From Gammaproteobacteria bacterium (lineage in GTDB: Bacteria > Pseudomonadota > Gammaproteobacteria > Burkholderiales > SHXO01): DNA of 43,690 nt. The notes below the pieces were generated by a model. It made no database searches, was not told the DNA's origin, and was given only the letters and a program-made list of their open reading frames with translations. Below, one piece after another: positions 16,495 to 25,184 of the stretch. Positions within the stretch are counted from its first letter, which is position 1. Every line of letters starts with the position of its first letter. Both the position numbers and the translations under genes were made by a program. The stretch spans positions 1 through 43,690 of the forward strand of contig JBGQKF010000001.1 in assembly GCA_041499435.1 (NCBI GenBank). Reading direction: 5' to 3'.

Positions 16495-16863
16495 ATGGAC
16501 ATCATCGCCATTCACGACTTCCGGGTCGAAACGCAGATCGGATTCTACGACTGGGAACGTCGCCTGCCGCAAATCATCCAGCTCGACCTGGAGCTTGCCA
16601 TCCCCGGCGCGCACGGCACGCCCCGCAGCGATCGCATCCGCGACACCATCGACTACGGAGCCGTCGTGGCAAGGGTGCGCGAATCGCTCAGCACGCGCCA
16701 TTTCATTCTTCTGGAAGCATTGAGCGAACATATCGCCGACCTGTTGCGCAAGGAGTTCAACTCGCCCTGGGTGCGCGTGAGTGCGAGCAAAAGCGGCGTG
16801 CTGAAAGGCGTGAGGCGCGTGAGCGTGACGATTGAGCGGGGGGTAAAAGCGTGGACGAGGTGA
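16495..16863 (+). CDS. folB: Dihydroneopterin aldolase
   Basis: MDIIAIHDFRVETQIGFYDWERRLPQIIQLDLEL...DYGAV is the FolB pattern. I used ATG 16495. Confidence 0.85.
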   Translation: MDIIAIHDFRVETQIGFYDWERRLPQIIQLDLELAIPGAHGTPRSDRIRDTIDYGAVVARVRESLSTRHFILLEALSEHIADLLRKEFNSPWVRVSASKSGVLKGVRRVSVTIERGVKAWTR

Positions 16864-16956
16864 AAAGGTGAACAAGTGAAGAGGTGAACGGGCCAGGTCG
16901 TCTGGATCTACCACAAGCCTAATCTCTTCACCTTTTCACCTTTTCACCTGTTCACG
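16859..16956. repeat. Composite palindrome: 4 tandem 8-mers (RGTGAANR) facing 4 inverted 8-mers (TTCACC-type), separated by a 34-nt spacer
   Basis: Left arm 16859-16890: ggtgaaaa ggtgaaca agtgaaga ggtgaacg. Right arm 16925-16956: tcttcacc ttttcacc ttttcacc tgttcacg. The arms pair 25/32 in register and 24/26 when shifted by one unit. The element lies between the convergent folB and xerD stops, and the folB TGA sits inside the first unit. Confidence 0.9.
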
Positions 16957-16959
16957 CTT

Positions 16960-17874
16960 TTACCCCCGCGGATGATGCTTCGCATGCAACTGCTTCATCC
17001 GCTCGCGCGCTACATGCGTATAGATCTGAGTGGTCGAGATGTCCGCGTGACCCAGCAACATCTGCACCACGCGTAGATCGGCGCCATGATTGAGCAGGTG
17101 TGTGGCGAAAGCATGACGCAGCGTGTGCGGCGAAATGTCCTTCGCGATGCCGGCGCGCAGCGCATAGCGCTTGATCAACTGCCAGAACGCCTGCCGCGTC
17201 ATGGCCTCGCCCCGCGTGCTGACGAACAGCGCATCGCTCAAGCGCTCACCGAGCAGCAAGCTGCGCGCGCCACTCACGTAGTTGCGCGCCCAATCAAGCG
17301 CCACCTCGCCTACCGGCACCAGCCGCTCCTTGCCGCCCTTGCCCATGATGCGCACCACGCCCATGTCCTGCGACAGCCCTCCGAGGGTAAGCGAGACCAG
17401 CTCCGACACCCGCAGTCCAGTGGCATAGAGCAGCTCGAGCATGGTCCGGTCGCGCACGCCGAGAGGATCTTGTAACGACGGCGCAGCCAGCAGACGCTCC
17501 ACTTCTTCCTCGGTCAGGCTCTTCGGCAGCGTGCGCGAGCGCTTGGGCGCGTCCACGTTGAGCGTGGGGTCGGCCACGATCTTGCCCTGCCTCACGGCGT
17601 ACTGAAAAAGACGTCTGAGGCTGGAAAGGCACCGCGCGCTGGAGCTCGGCCGCGCACCGACCGCGTAACGGTGTGCGAGATAGGCCAGCAGATCGCTGTG
17701 CTCTGCTTCGAAGAGCGCCTTGCCCCGCGTCTGCTGCAACCAACCGCGGAATTGCTGGAGGTCGCGCCGGTAGCTTTCCAACGTGGCAGGCGACAGTCCA
17801 TCTTCCAGCCACAGGCTGTCGGTGAATTGATCCAGTACCGGGTCGCTGCCCCGCGAAGCGTCAGTCGAATGCAC
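16960..17874 (-). CDS. xerD: Site-specific tyrosine recombinase XerD
   Basis: LDQFTDSLWLEDGLSPATLESYRRDL at the N-terminus, catalytic SPHTLRHAFATHLL...LGHADISTTQIYTHV, and a C-terminal HHPRG. The GTG start at 17874 is inferred from the alignment length and overlaps the ogt stop by 14 nt. Confidence 0.88.
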   Translation of the reverse strand: MHSTDASRGSDPVLDQFTDSLWLEDGLSPATLESYRRDLQQFRGWLQQTRGKALFEAEHSDLLAYLAHRYAVGARPSSSARCLSSLRRLFQYAVRQGKIVADPTLNVDAPKRSRTLPKSLTEEEVERLLAAPSLQDPLGVRDRTMLELLYATGLRVSELVSLTLGGLSQDMGVVRIMGKGGKERLVPVGEVALDWARNYVSGARSLLLGERLSDALFVSTRGEAMTRQAFWQLIKRYALRAGIAKDISPHTLRHAFATHLLNHGADLRVVQMLLGHADISTTQIYTHVARERMKQLHAKHHPRG

Positions 17875-18361
17875 GTTCGTGCCGCAGCAGCCAGCGTTTG
17901 ATCTCGAGCGGCTGGCCCGCCCGAGCGTGCATGAAGCCGCCCAACCAGCTGCTGGCGACGACCCGGTGGCACGGGACGAGCAGCGGAATTCGGTTCGCGC
18001 CGCACGCCGTGCCCACCGGCCGCGGCGCCGAGCCGATGGCGCGGGCCACATCCTGATAACTCCTCGTCGATCCACGAGGGATCGTGCGGACCGCCTGCCA
18101 GACTCGCTGCTGGTATTCGGTACCGTGGTTCTCGCATGGCAGATCGAACCGGAAATCCGCATCGTGAAAATAAGCGAGCAACTGGCGGCAGACTTCACGG
18201 GCAAATGCGTCGACCGGCTTGAGCGTGGCAACCGTGGCAGGCAGGTATTCGATCTCGGTCAGGCGCTCACGCCGCGTGCAGATCGCGAGCACCGCAAACG
18301 GCGCACGCAATCTCGCGCTGTAGCCTTCCAGCAGGTCTCGTCTGGTCCTCACGCGCGGCAT
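17861..18361 (-). CDS. ogt: Methylated-DNA--protein-cysteine S-methyltransferase
   Basis: Active site IPLLVPCHRVV, and YQQRVWQAVRTIPRGSTRSYQDVA. I used ATG 18361. Confidence 0.88.
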   Translation of the reverse strand: MPRVRTRRDLLEGYSARLRAPFAVLAICTRRERLTEIEYLPATVATLKPVDAFAREVCRQLLAYFHDADFRFDLPCENHGTEYQQRVWQAVRTIPRGSTRSYQDVARAIGSAPRPVGTACGANRIPLLVPCHRVVASSWLGGFMHARAGQPLEIKRWLLRHERAFD

Positions 18362-18381
18362 TGTAGCAAGGCGGCATCGAA

Positions 18382-18408
18382 GAAAAAAAAGCGACCCTCG
18401 GGGTCGCT
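18382..18408 (-). terminator. Rho-independent terminator downstream of rplS
   Basis: On the minus strand, a GCGACCC cga GGGTCGC hairpin is followed by T8. Confidence 0.85.
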
Positions 18409-18443
18409 TCTTTCCAAGCGCGCGCTGCGCGCCCACGCCTGCT

Positions 18444-18821
18444 TCACTGCTCCGACTGCTTGTCGCTCTGAGTGAGCTTCTCGCGGATCCGCGCCGATTT
18501 GCCGGAACGCTCGCGCAGATAGTACAGCTTGGCACGGCGCACATCGCCACGGCGTTTCACTTCGATGCTGGCAATCAGCGGCGAGTAGGTCTGAAACGTC
18601 CGCTCCACGCCCTCACCCGAGGAGATCTTGCGCACGATGAAGGACGAATTCATGCCGCGGTTGCGCTTGGCGATCACCACACCTTCGTAGGCCTGCACAC
18701 GCTTGCGATCGCCCTCCACCACGTTCACGTTGACCACCACGGTGTCACCGGCAGCAAAGTGCGGGATGGTCCTGCCCAGCCGGGTAATCTCTTCCTGCTC
18801 GATGGTTTGTATCAGGTTCAT
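18444..18821 (-). CDS. rplS: 50S ribosomal protein L19
   Basis: [11 protein letters not shown]...[35 protein letters not shown]. Confidence 0.96.
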   Translation of the reverse strand: MNLIQTIEQEEITRLGRTIPHFAAGDTVVVNVNVVEGDRKRVQAYEGVVIAKRNRGMNSSFIVRKISSGEGVERTFQTYSPLIASIEVKRRGDVRRAKLYYLRERSGKSARIREKLTQSDKQSEQ

Positions 18822-18840
18822 TTGTCTGTAGCTCCAACAA

Positions 18841-19617
18841 TCACGTTTCGCGGGCGGTTTCCTGCGGCTGCGCCTCGCGCTTGTATTCATCCAGCAGCAT
18901 CTGCTGCTCGACGCTCAACTTGACCTTGCTCATCAGCTCCGGCCGCCTGCTCCAGGTGCGGCCCAGCGACTGCTTCATGCGCCAGCGTTCGATCTCCGCG
19001 TGATTGCCGGAGAGCAGAACCTGCGGGACCGCCAGCCCCTCGTAGACCTCCGGCCGCGTGTAGTGCGGGCAGTCCAGCAGTCCATTCACGAATGAATCCT
19101 GCTGCGCGGACTCGCTCGCACCCAGTACGCCGGGCAGCTGGCGGATCAGCGCGTCCATCAGGACCATCGCCGGCAACTCGCCGCCGGACAACACGTAGTC
19201 ACCGATCGAGATTTCGTAGTCCGCCTGCCGGTCAATCAGGCGCTCGTCCACACCCTCGTAACGACCGGCCAGCAGAATCAAACCCTCGTGACTGCCCAGC
19301 TCACCCACGAGGGCGTGATCGAGCGGGCGTCCCTGCGGCGTGAAGTAGATCACCTTCGATTCCTTCACTCCGCTGCTGCGCTGGCGCTGACGTGCCGCCT
19401 TGAGCGCCTTTTCCAGCGGCTCGGGCATCATCACCATGCCGGGACCACCGCCGTACGGGCGATCGTCCACCGAGCGGTAAGCGTTGGTGCTGAAATCGCG
19501 CGGATTCCACAGCACCAACTCGTACAGCCGTCCCTCGAACGCACGTCGCGTGATGCCCGACCGGGTGACCGCGTCGAACATCTCCGGAAACAGGGTAACC
19601 GCGTCAAAGTGGATCAA
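18841..19617 (-). CDS. trmD: tRNA (guanine37-N1)-methyltransferase
   Basis: [20 protein letters not shown] and [10 protein letters not shown]. The TTG start overlaps the rimM stop (TTGA). Confidence 0.95.
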   Translation of the reverse strand: MIHFDAVTLFPEMFDAVTRSGITRRAFEGRLYELVLWNPRDFSTNAYRSVDDRPYGGGPGMVMMPEPLEKALKAARQRQRSSGVKESKVIYFTPQGRPLDHALVGELGSHEGLILLAGRYEGVDERLIDRQADYEISIGDYVLSGGELPAMVLMDALIRQLPGVLGASESAQQDSFVNGLLDCPHYTRPEVYEGLAVPQVLLSGNHAEIERWRMKQSLGRTWSRRPELMSKVKLSVEQQMLLDEYKREAQPQETARET

Positions 19618-20105
19618 AAGTCAGCGTCCCAATCCACGACCAGCGACCTGCCGGCCACGTCAACCGAAACCACCACCGACTCGATGAAAGGGATCAGCCG
19701 CTCGCGCTCCCCTTCTACCAGCAGTACCTGCTGTGCGCCCGTCTCCAGCAGCTTGGCGACCCGGCCCAGCGGCACGCCCTGGATGTTGCTCACCCCGATG
19801 CCGATCAGGTCGGCCCAGTAATATTCCCCTGCACGACTCGCCGGCAACTGATCACGCGGCACCGCGACTTCATAACCTAGGAGCTGCGCGGCCGCATCGC
19901 GGTCGTGAACGCCGGAGAGCTTCGCGATCACTGTGCGGCCGTGCACGGCCGCTTCTTCTACCTTTCTCTCCTGCCAACCCGCGGCTTGCTTGAGCCACCA
20001 GCTTGGAAACCCGATCAGAGTGTCCACCGATTGCGTGAAGGTCTGGACCTTGACCCAGCCTTTCACGCCGAACGCGCCCGCAATCCGGCCCATCACCATC
20101 ATCAT
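19614..20105 (-). CDS. rimM: 16S rRNA processing protein RimM
   Basis: [15 protein letters not shown] and a PRC-barrel C-terminus, in the rpsP-rimM-trmD-rplS order. Several in-frame ATG/GTG codons at the 5' end leave the exact start ambiguous. Confidence 0.9.
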   Translation of the reverse strand: MMMVMGRIAGAFGVKGWVKVQTFTQSVDTLIGFPSWWLKQAAGWQERKVEEAAVHGRTVIAKLSGVHDRDAAAQLLGYEVAVPRDQLPASRAGEYYWADLIGIGVSNIQGVPLGRVAKLLETGAQQVLLVEGERERLIPFIESVVVSVDVAGRSLVVDWDADF

Positions 20106-20141
20106 GGCCCTTGGACCTGCAGGAGCGCTAGCTACCGCCGG

Positions 20142-20414
20142 TCAAGCCGGTCCGGGCTGGCCGCTCTGTGTAGCCTTGCTAAATTGCCTGACCAGGCGGG
20201 CCACGGTGTCGCTCACCTGAGCGCCCTGCCCCTGCCAATGCGTCAGGCGGTCGAGCGCGATACGAAGCGATTCCCGACCCGCGGGCGCCTTGGGGTCGTA
20301 AAAGCCCAGGCGCTCGATGAAACGCCCATCCCGCGCACTGCGCGAGTCGGTTACGACCACGTTGAAAAACGGCCGCTTCTTGGCCCCGCCGCGCGCCAGT
20401 CTGATGACTACCAT
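20142..20414 (-). CDS. rpsP: 30S ribosomal protein S16
   Basis: [41 protein letters not shown]. Confidence 0.97.
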   Translation of the reverse strand: MVVIRLARGGAKKRPFFNVVVTDSRSARDGRFIERLGFYDPKAPAGRESLRIALDRLTHWQGQGAQVSDTVARLVRQFSKATQSGQPGPA

Positions 20415-20447
20415 GGGATTAATGCCCTTCCTTTAGCGAAGCCCGCG

Positions 20448-20477
20448 ATTCTACGTCGTTTTTCGGGTATTTTGCAA
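20448..20477 (-). promoter_or_regulatory. Candidate sigma-70 promoter of the rpsP-rimM-trmD-rplS operon
   Basis: Minus strand reads TTGCAA - 18 nt - TAGAAT. It ends about 33 nt before the rpsP ATG, and SD AAGGAAGGG follows. Confidence 0.5.
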
Positions 20478-20492
20478 GTTTCGAGCGGCGCG

Positions 20493-21254
20493 CTAGCGAT
20501 CGCTCGCCGCGGCACTGCCGTCGTGGAATACCTGATCGAGGAAGCTCACCACGATGCGCGTCAACTCATCCTCCCGGCCTTCGAAGAAGTGCAGCGCTTC
20601 GGACACCACGATCTGGTCCGAGCCCTTGATCTTCATGATCTGTTTTTTGCGCTCATAGGCTCCGACCTGTGTGATCTCCCAGTCCTTGCTGCCGAACACA
20701 TCCAGCACCGGAATCTTGATGCGGAACATTTCCTCGAGCCCGTTGATGATGCCGATGAACACCCAGGCTTTGACGGTCTTGTCGTCGGTGTTGATCAGAT
20801 ACTGGTTGGCCATGGTCGCGCCCAGACTATGCGACACGATGGCGATGTTCTTGTAGCCCTTGCTCTTCAAGAAGTCGGCCGCAAGCTGAAAGCGCTCGCG
20901 CGCATCCGGATAGGTGGGGATATAGTCGCCGATCTTCGCGCCGCCGCCGAGCACAGGGAGCTGAATCGCGAGCGTTGTGTAACCCGCTTCCGCGATCTTG
21001 GTGCGCAACATCCCATACAGCTCGTAATCCGGGCTCCAGCCGCGCCCATGCGCCAGAATGACGGCACCGCGCGCGTTCTTCGCCTCGGTGTACAACGTGA
21101 GGAACTTGTGCCCTTCCTTCTGCGTAAGCCAGACCGCATCGCCCACCATCAATGCCGGCAGGATCTGGTCGGCCCAGCGCTGCTCACGCTCGTAATCCTG
21201 CGCTGCAGCGGCGCCGCAGACGACCCACAAAACAGCAGCCACCAATGCACGCAT
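20493..21254 (-). CDS. Secreted alpha/beta-hydrolase-fold protein (DUF3530-like)
   Basis: Signal peptide MRALVAAVLWVVCGAAAAQ, nucleophile elbow VSHSLGA, HG dipeptide ILAHGRG. Confidence 0.65.
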   Translation of the reverse strand: MRALVAAVLWVVCGAAAAQDYEREQRWADQILPALMVGDAVWLTQKEGHKFLTLYTEAKNARGAVILAHGRGWSPDYELYGMLRTKIAEAGYTTLAIQLPVLGGGAKIGDYIPTYPDARERFQLAADFLKSKGYKNIAIVSHSLGATMANQYLINTDDKTVKAWVFIGIINGLEEMFRIKIPVLDVFGSKDWEITQVGAYERKKQIMKIKGSDQIVVSEALHFFEGREDELTRIVVSFLDQVFHDGSAAASDR

Positions 21255-21328
21255 GGATCTCGACTCTTAACCTGGGGATTGCAATGTGCGGCATTCTAAC
21301 GCCGCATGGACATCGGCAAGATTTCGGC

Positions 21329-22678
21329 TCAGCGCATGCCCGGCAGGATGCCGCGCATCGAGCGCATCATCTTCTGAATGCCGCCCTTGCTGACCATCTT
21401 CATCATCTTTTGCATCTGCTCGAATTGATTGAGCAGCCGGTTGACCTCCTGCACCGGCACCCCGGCACCGGCCGCGATGCGCCGCTTGCGCGAAGCTTTG
21501 ATGATCTCCGGCTTCGCGCGCTCGCCGGGGGTCATCGAGTTGATGATCCCGATGGTGCGGTTGATGATCTTCTCGTCGACATTGGCGCCTTGTGCCATCT
21601 GCGTGAGCTGCGCGGGCAGCTTGTCCATCAACGCGCCGAGGCCGCCCATCTTGTTCATCTGCAGCATCTGCGCCTTGAAGTCCTCGAGATCGAAGCCCTT
21701 GCCGCTCTTTACTTTCTTCGCGAGCTTCTCGGCCTCCACGATGTCGACGTTGCGGCGCGCCTCTTCGACCAGGCTCAGCACGTCGCCCATGCCGAGAATG
21801 CGCGAGGCCATACGCTCTGGATGGAACGACTCCAGGTTCGCGAGCTTTTCGCCAACGCCGACGTACTTGACCGGTCGACCTACGACGTGCCGCACCGAGA
21901 GCGCCGCGCCACCGCGCGCATCGCCATCGAGCTTGGTGAGGATCACACCGGTGAGCGGCAAGGCGTCGCCGAAGGCCTTCGCCACGTTCACGGCATCCTG
22001 GCCCTGCATGGAATCCACCACGAACAGCGTCTCGATCGGCTGCAGCCCCGCATGCAAAGCGCGGATCTCATCCATCATCGCCTGATCGACGGCAAGTCGG
22101 CCGGCCGTGTCGACGAGCACCACGTCGCAGTAGTGCTTGCGCGCGTAGTCGACTGCCGCCTGCGCGATCGCGAGCGGTTTTTGCTCGGGTGTGGAAGGGA
22201 AGAACTCGACGCCCAGCTGTGATGCGAGCGTTCGCAACTGGTCGATGGCCGCCGGCCGATAGACGTCGCAGCTCACCAGCAGCACCTTCTTCTTCAACTC
22301 CTCGCGCAGCAGCTTGGCGAGCTTGCCGGTGGTGGTGGTCTTGCCGGAGCCTTGCAGCCCCGCCATCAGAATCACCGCGGGCGGAGTGGTCGCTAGATTG
22401 AGCTCGACATTGCCCTCTCCCATCAACGCGGTCAGCTCTTCGAATACGATGCCGACCACCGCCTGTCCGGGAGTCAGGCTGCCGAGAACGTCCTGCCCGA
22501 GCGCACGGGTGCGCACGCGATTGATGAATTCCTTCACCACCGGCAGCGCCACGTCGGCTTCGAGCAGCGCCACACGCACTTCGCGCAGCGCATCCTGCAC
22601 GTTCGACTCCGTGAGGCGCGCCTGGCCGCGCAGCGTTTTCATCACGCCGGACAGGCGACTGGTCAGGTTCTCGAACAT
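21329..22678 (-). CDS. ffh: Signal recognition particle protein
   Basis: GLQGSGKTTT, DTAGR, TKLDGDARGG, and a Met-rich M domain (MQKMMKMVSKGGIQKMMRSM). Confidence 0.97.
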   Translation of the reverse strand: MFENLTSRLSGVMKTLRGQARLTESNVQDALREVRVALLEADVALPVVKEFINRVRTRALGQDVLGSLTPGQAVVGIVFEELTALMGEGNVELNLATTPPAVILMAGLQGSGKTTTTGKLAKLLREELKKKVLLVSCDVYRPAAIDQLRTLASQLGVEFFPSTPEQKPLAIAQAAVDYARKHYCDVVLVDTAGRLAVDQAMMDEIRALHAGLQPIETLFVVDSMQGQDAVNVAKAFGDALPLTGVILTKLDGDARGGAALSVRHVVGRPVKYVGVGEKLANLESFHPERMASRILGMGDVLSLVEEARRNVDIVEAEKLAKKVKSGKGFDLEDFKAQMLQMNKMGGLGALMDKLPAQLTQMAQGANVDEKIINRTIGIINSMTPGERAKPEIIKASRKRRIAAGAGVPVQEVNRLLNQFEQMQKMMKMVSKGGIQKMMRSMRGILPGMR

Positions 22679-22943
22679 AGCGAATCCAGCATATTGTTAG
22701 TCAGTACGCACGGCGAGCATGCAGGCACGAGCATGTCCGGTATCGATCCATCAGCCGCTCGATGTCCACGCAAACGGAGTGAAGATGATGCTGTAGACTT
22801 GGATGCCACGTGCGTGAGGCAAGCGGCGGGAGCGTCAGCTCCGAGCCGCGGCAGGGACAAAAAGTGCGACGCGCCGCCGGCATGCACCCGATTGACGGCG
22901 GCATCCGTCGGCGGCTCGCGCCTCATGCGACGTCAACCACCAC

Positions 22944-23759
22944 ATGGATCGGATTCTACCCTATCTCCTGTGTTCGGCCGCGTATGCCGCGATCGCCCTC
23001 GCGCTGATGCGCGTGCTTTCGCGCTCGGCTCCGGCCCGGCAGCCCGCCGTCAGGCAACTGCACCTGGCGGTTGCGCTGCCGCTCGCTGTCCATACGCTTC
23101 TGCTCTACCGCGCGGTGTTCAGCGGCAACGAAATGTATTTCGGCGTCGGCAACTCGATCTCCGTCATCATATGGCTCACGGTGCTGATCTACTGGGTGGG
23201 CGGTTTTTTCTACCGGCTGGAAGGGCTGCAGGTCTTCATCACCGCTGCCGCCGCCGCGCTGGTCTGGTCACCGCTTGCGCTGCCCTCAGTGCGGCCGCTT
23301 GCGCACACCGACCTGCCCGCATTCCGCCTGCATCTGCTGATTTCGCTCCTGGCGTACAGCCTGTTTACCATCGCTTCGCTGCAAGCGCTCACCATGGCGG
23401 TGCTCGAGCGTCGCCTGCACGGGGGACGTCTGCCCAGGTTCCTGCAGTCGCTGCCGCCGCTGCTCACCATGGAGCGCATTCTGTTTCGCATCATTGCACT
23501 GGGATTCATATTGCTGACGTTGACGCTGGGCAGCGGCATGCTGTTCTCGGAAGAGCTGTTCGGCAAGCCGCTGCAGTTCAACCATAAGGTCGTGTTCGGC
23601 ATCATCGCCTGGTGTCTTTTCGCCGCGCTGCTGGTGGGTCGCCAGATATACGGCTGGCGCGGACGGGTCGCGCTGCGCTGGACGCTGGCCGGCTTTCTGG
23701 TGCTGATCCTGGCGTATATCGGCAGCAAGTTCGTGCTCGAGATCATTCTGCACCGTTGA
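22944..23759 (+). CDS. Cytochrome c assembly family inner-membrane protein (YpjD/CcsA-like)
   Basis: Polytopic membrane protein divergent from ffh, which is the conserved ffh-ypjD arrangement. W-rich C-terminal helices. Confidence 0.7.
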   Translation: MDRILPYLLCSAAYAAIALALMRVLSRSAPARQPAVRQLHLAVALPLAVHTLLLYRAVFSGNEMYFGVGNSISVIIWLTVLIYWVGGFFYRLEGLQVFITAAAAALVWSPLALPSVRPLAHTDLPAFRLHLLISLLAYSLFTIASLQALTMAVLERRLHGGRLPRFLQSLPPLLTMERILFRIIALGFILLTLTLGSGMLFSEELFGKPLQFNHKVVFGIIAWCLFAALLVGRQIYGWRGRVALRWTLAGFLVLILAYIGSKFVLEIILHR

Positions 23760-23778
23760 TGCGGCGCGGCCGCGTTTC

Positions 23779-23807
23779 TTGACAAGCCCCGGCACGCTAC
23801 TGATACT
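23779..23807 (+). promoter_or_regulatory. Candidate sigma-70 promoter for the CNNM/CorC-family gene
   Basis: TTGACA - 17 nt - GATACT, ending 33 nt upstream of the TTG start at 23840. Confidence 0.45.
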
Positions 23808-23839
23808 GGCCCGGTCATCTTGCCTTAGGGTGTGCCGCC

Positions 23840-25099
23840 TTGGACGACGTTCCGCTGCAAACTCTGCTGGCCGTCTGCGTTGTGCTGTTGCTCCTCTCCG
23901 CGTTTTTCTCGATCTCCGAAACCAGCATGATGGCGCTCAACCGTTATCGGTTGCAGCACCTGACCAAAACCGGCAGCCGAGGCGCCCGCCTCGCATCCGA
24001 TCTGTTGGCGCAAACCGACAAGCTGCTGGGGGTGGTGCTGTTGGGCAACAACCTGGTCAATGCAGCGGTCGCGGCATTGGCGACCTTGATTACTTTCCGC
24101 ATCTTTGGCCAGAGCGAGCTTGCGCTCTCATTGGGAACGGTGACGATCACCTTTCTTATTGTCGTATTCAGCGAGATCACCCCGAAGGTGATCGGAGCCT
24201 CGTATCCGGAGCGCATCGCCTTTCCCGCTGCATTCGTGCTGCGTCCGCTCTTGCAGGTGCTCTACCCCGTGGTATGGTTCGTGAACCTGTTTGTAAAGGG
24301 TTTATTGAAGCTGCTGCGGCTCACCCCGGGCGGGACCTTGCAGACCGCGGCGCTGAGCCCGGAGGAACTGCGCACGCTGGTGCTCGAAGGAGGGCATTTT
24401 CTGCCCGCCAAGCACCAGAAAATCCTGCTCAATCTTTTCGATCTGCAGTCGATAACGGTGGATGATTTGATGACTCCGCGCAACCAGATCGAAGTGGTGA
24501 ATATCGACGCCGAGGCTGCGGAGCTCGAGCGCCAGATCAAGACCAGCAACCATACGCGCTTGCCTGTGTATCGCGGAAGCCTGGACAACATCATCGGTCT
24601 GCTGCACGTACGCAAAGTGCTCAATCTGGGCACCGGGGAGGCTCGCGCCGAATCGCTCATGCAGATCATGCGCCCACCCTATTTCATACCGCTGGGCACG
24701 CCCCTGCTCGCGCAGCTGCAGAACTTTCAGGAGGAAGAAGAGCGCCTGGGACTGGTGGTCGACGAGTACGGCGAGCTGATGGGTCTCATCACACTGGAAG
24801 ACATTCTGGAAGAGATCATCGGCGAGTTCACCACGCAGTCGCCGCTCCAGTCCCGGGGAATAAATCGTCAAGCGGACGGAAGTGTGCTGGTGGAAGGCGC
24901 CATCACGCTGCGGGAACTGAACCGCAAGCTCGGCATACACTTTCCGCTGGATGGGCCGAAGACAATCAATGGTCTGATTTTGGAGCACCTGGAAGATATT
25001 CCAGAGCCTGGCACCACCGTGAAAATTGCCGGGCATCCCATCGAAATCGTCCAGACGCAGGATCGTGCGGTACGCTCAGCCCGCATTTTTCCGGCCTAA
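23840..25099 (+). CDS. HlyC/CorC (CNNM) family transporter: DUF21 + CBS pair + CorC_HlyC domain
   Basis: N-terminal LLLLSAFFSISETSMMALNRYRL, CBS region, and C-terminal transporter-associated domain. TTG start. Confidence 0.85.
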   Translation: MDDVPLQTLLAVCVVLLLLSAFFSISETSMMALNRYRLQHLTKTGSRGARLASDLLAQTDKLLGVVLLGNNLVNAAVAALATLITFRIFGQSELALSLGTVTITFLIVVFSEITPKVIGASYPERIAFPAAFVLRPLLQVLYPVVWFVNLFVKGLLKLLRLTPGGTLQTAALSPEELRTLVLEGGHFLPAKHQKILLNLFDLQSITVDDLMTPRNQIEVVNIDAEAAELERQIKTSNHTRLPVYRGSLDNIIGLLHVRKVLNLGTGEARAESLMQIMRPPYFIPLGTPLLAQLQNFQEEEERLGLVVDEYGELMGLITLEDILEEIIGEFTTQSPLQSRGINRQADGSVLVEGAITLRELNRKLGIHFPLDGPKTINGLILEHLEDIPEPGTTVKIAGHPIEIVQTQDRAVRSARIFPA

Positions 25100-25184
25100 T
25101 CGACCTAAAATCAATACGTTCGCTTTACAAGCAGACGACCTCGCGGCATTATCTAAAGTAAATTCTGAGGATAGATTAGGGTAA

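Noticed and set aside
15772-16914. N-terminal extensions of the maximal ORFs for plsY (380 aa), xerD (16960-18231, 423 aa), ogt (17861-18550), the second YeeE/YedE half (3627-4367), the Nudix/ThiE gene (30955-32190), folB (16423), rplS (18890) and argJ (34255).
   Set aside because: The extensions overlap neighbouring genes or terminators and have Arg-rich nonsense composition. The family-typical N-termini begin at internal start codons, and I annotated the shorter forms.
16859-16956. The tandem short repeats here and at 32863-32953, considered as a CRISPR array, as a dif site (next to xerD) or as replication iterons.
   Set aside because: The units are only 7-8 bp, contiguous and without spacers, so they are not CRISPR. 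There is no resemblance to the 28-bp XerCD dif core. There is no replication gene nearby and no AT-rich unwinding element.
16960-17874. The tyrosine recombinase, considered as a marker of an integrated mobile element.
   Set aside because: It has the full XerD signature, including the C-terminal HHPRG, and sits among housekeeping genes. There is no adjacent tRNA, att-like direct repeat or cargo genes.
23757-23780. The GC palindrome CGCGGCCGCG followed by TTTCTT after the ypjD-like gene, considered as a terminator.
   Set aside because: The stem is only about 5 bp with a 0-3 nt loop. It is too weak to call, and it overlaps the predicted -35 of the downstream promoter.
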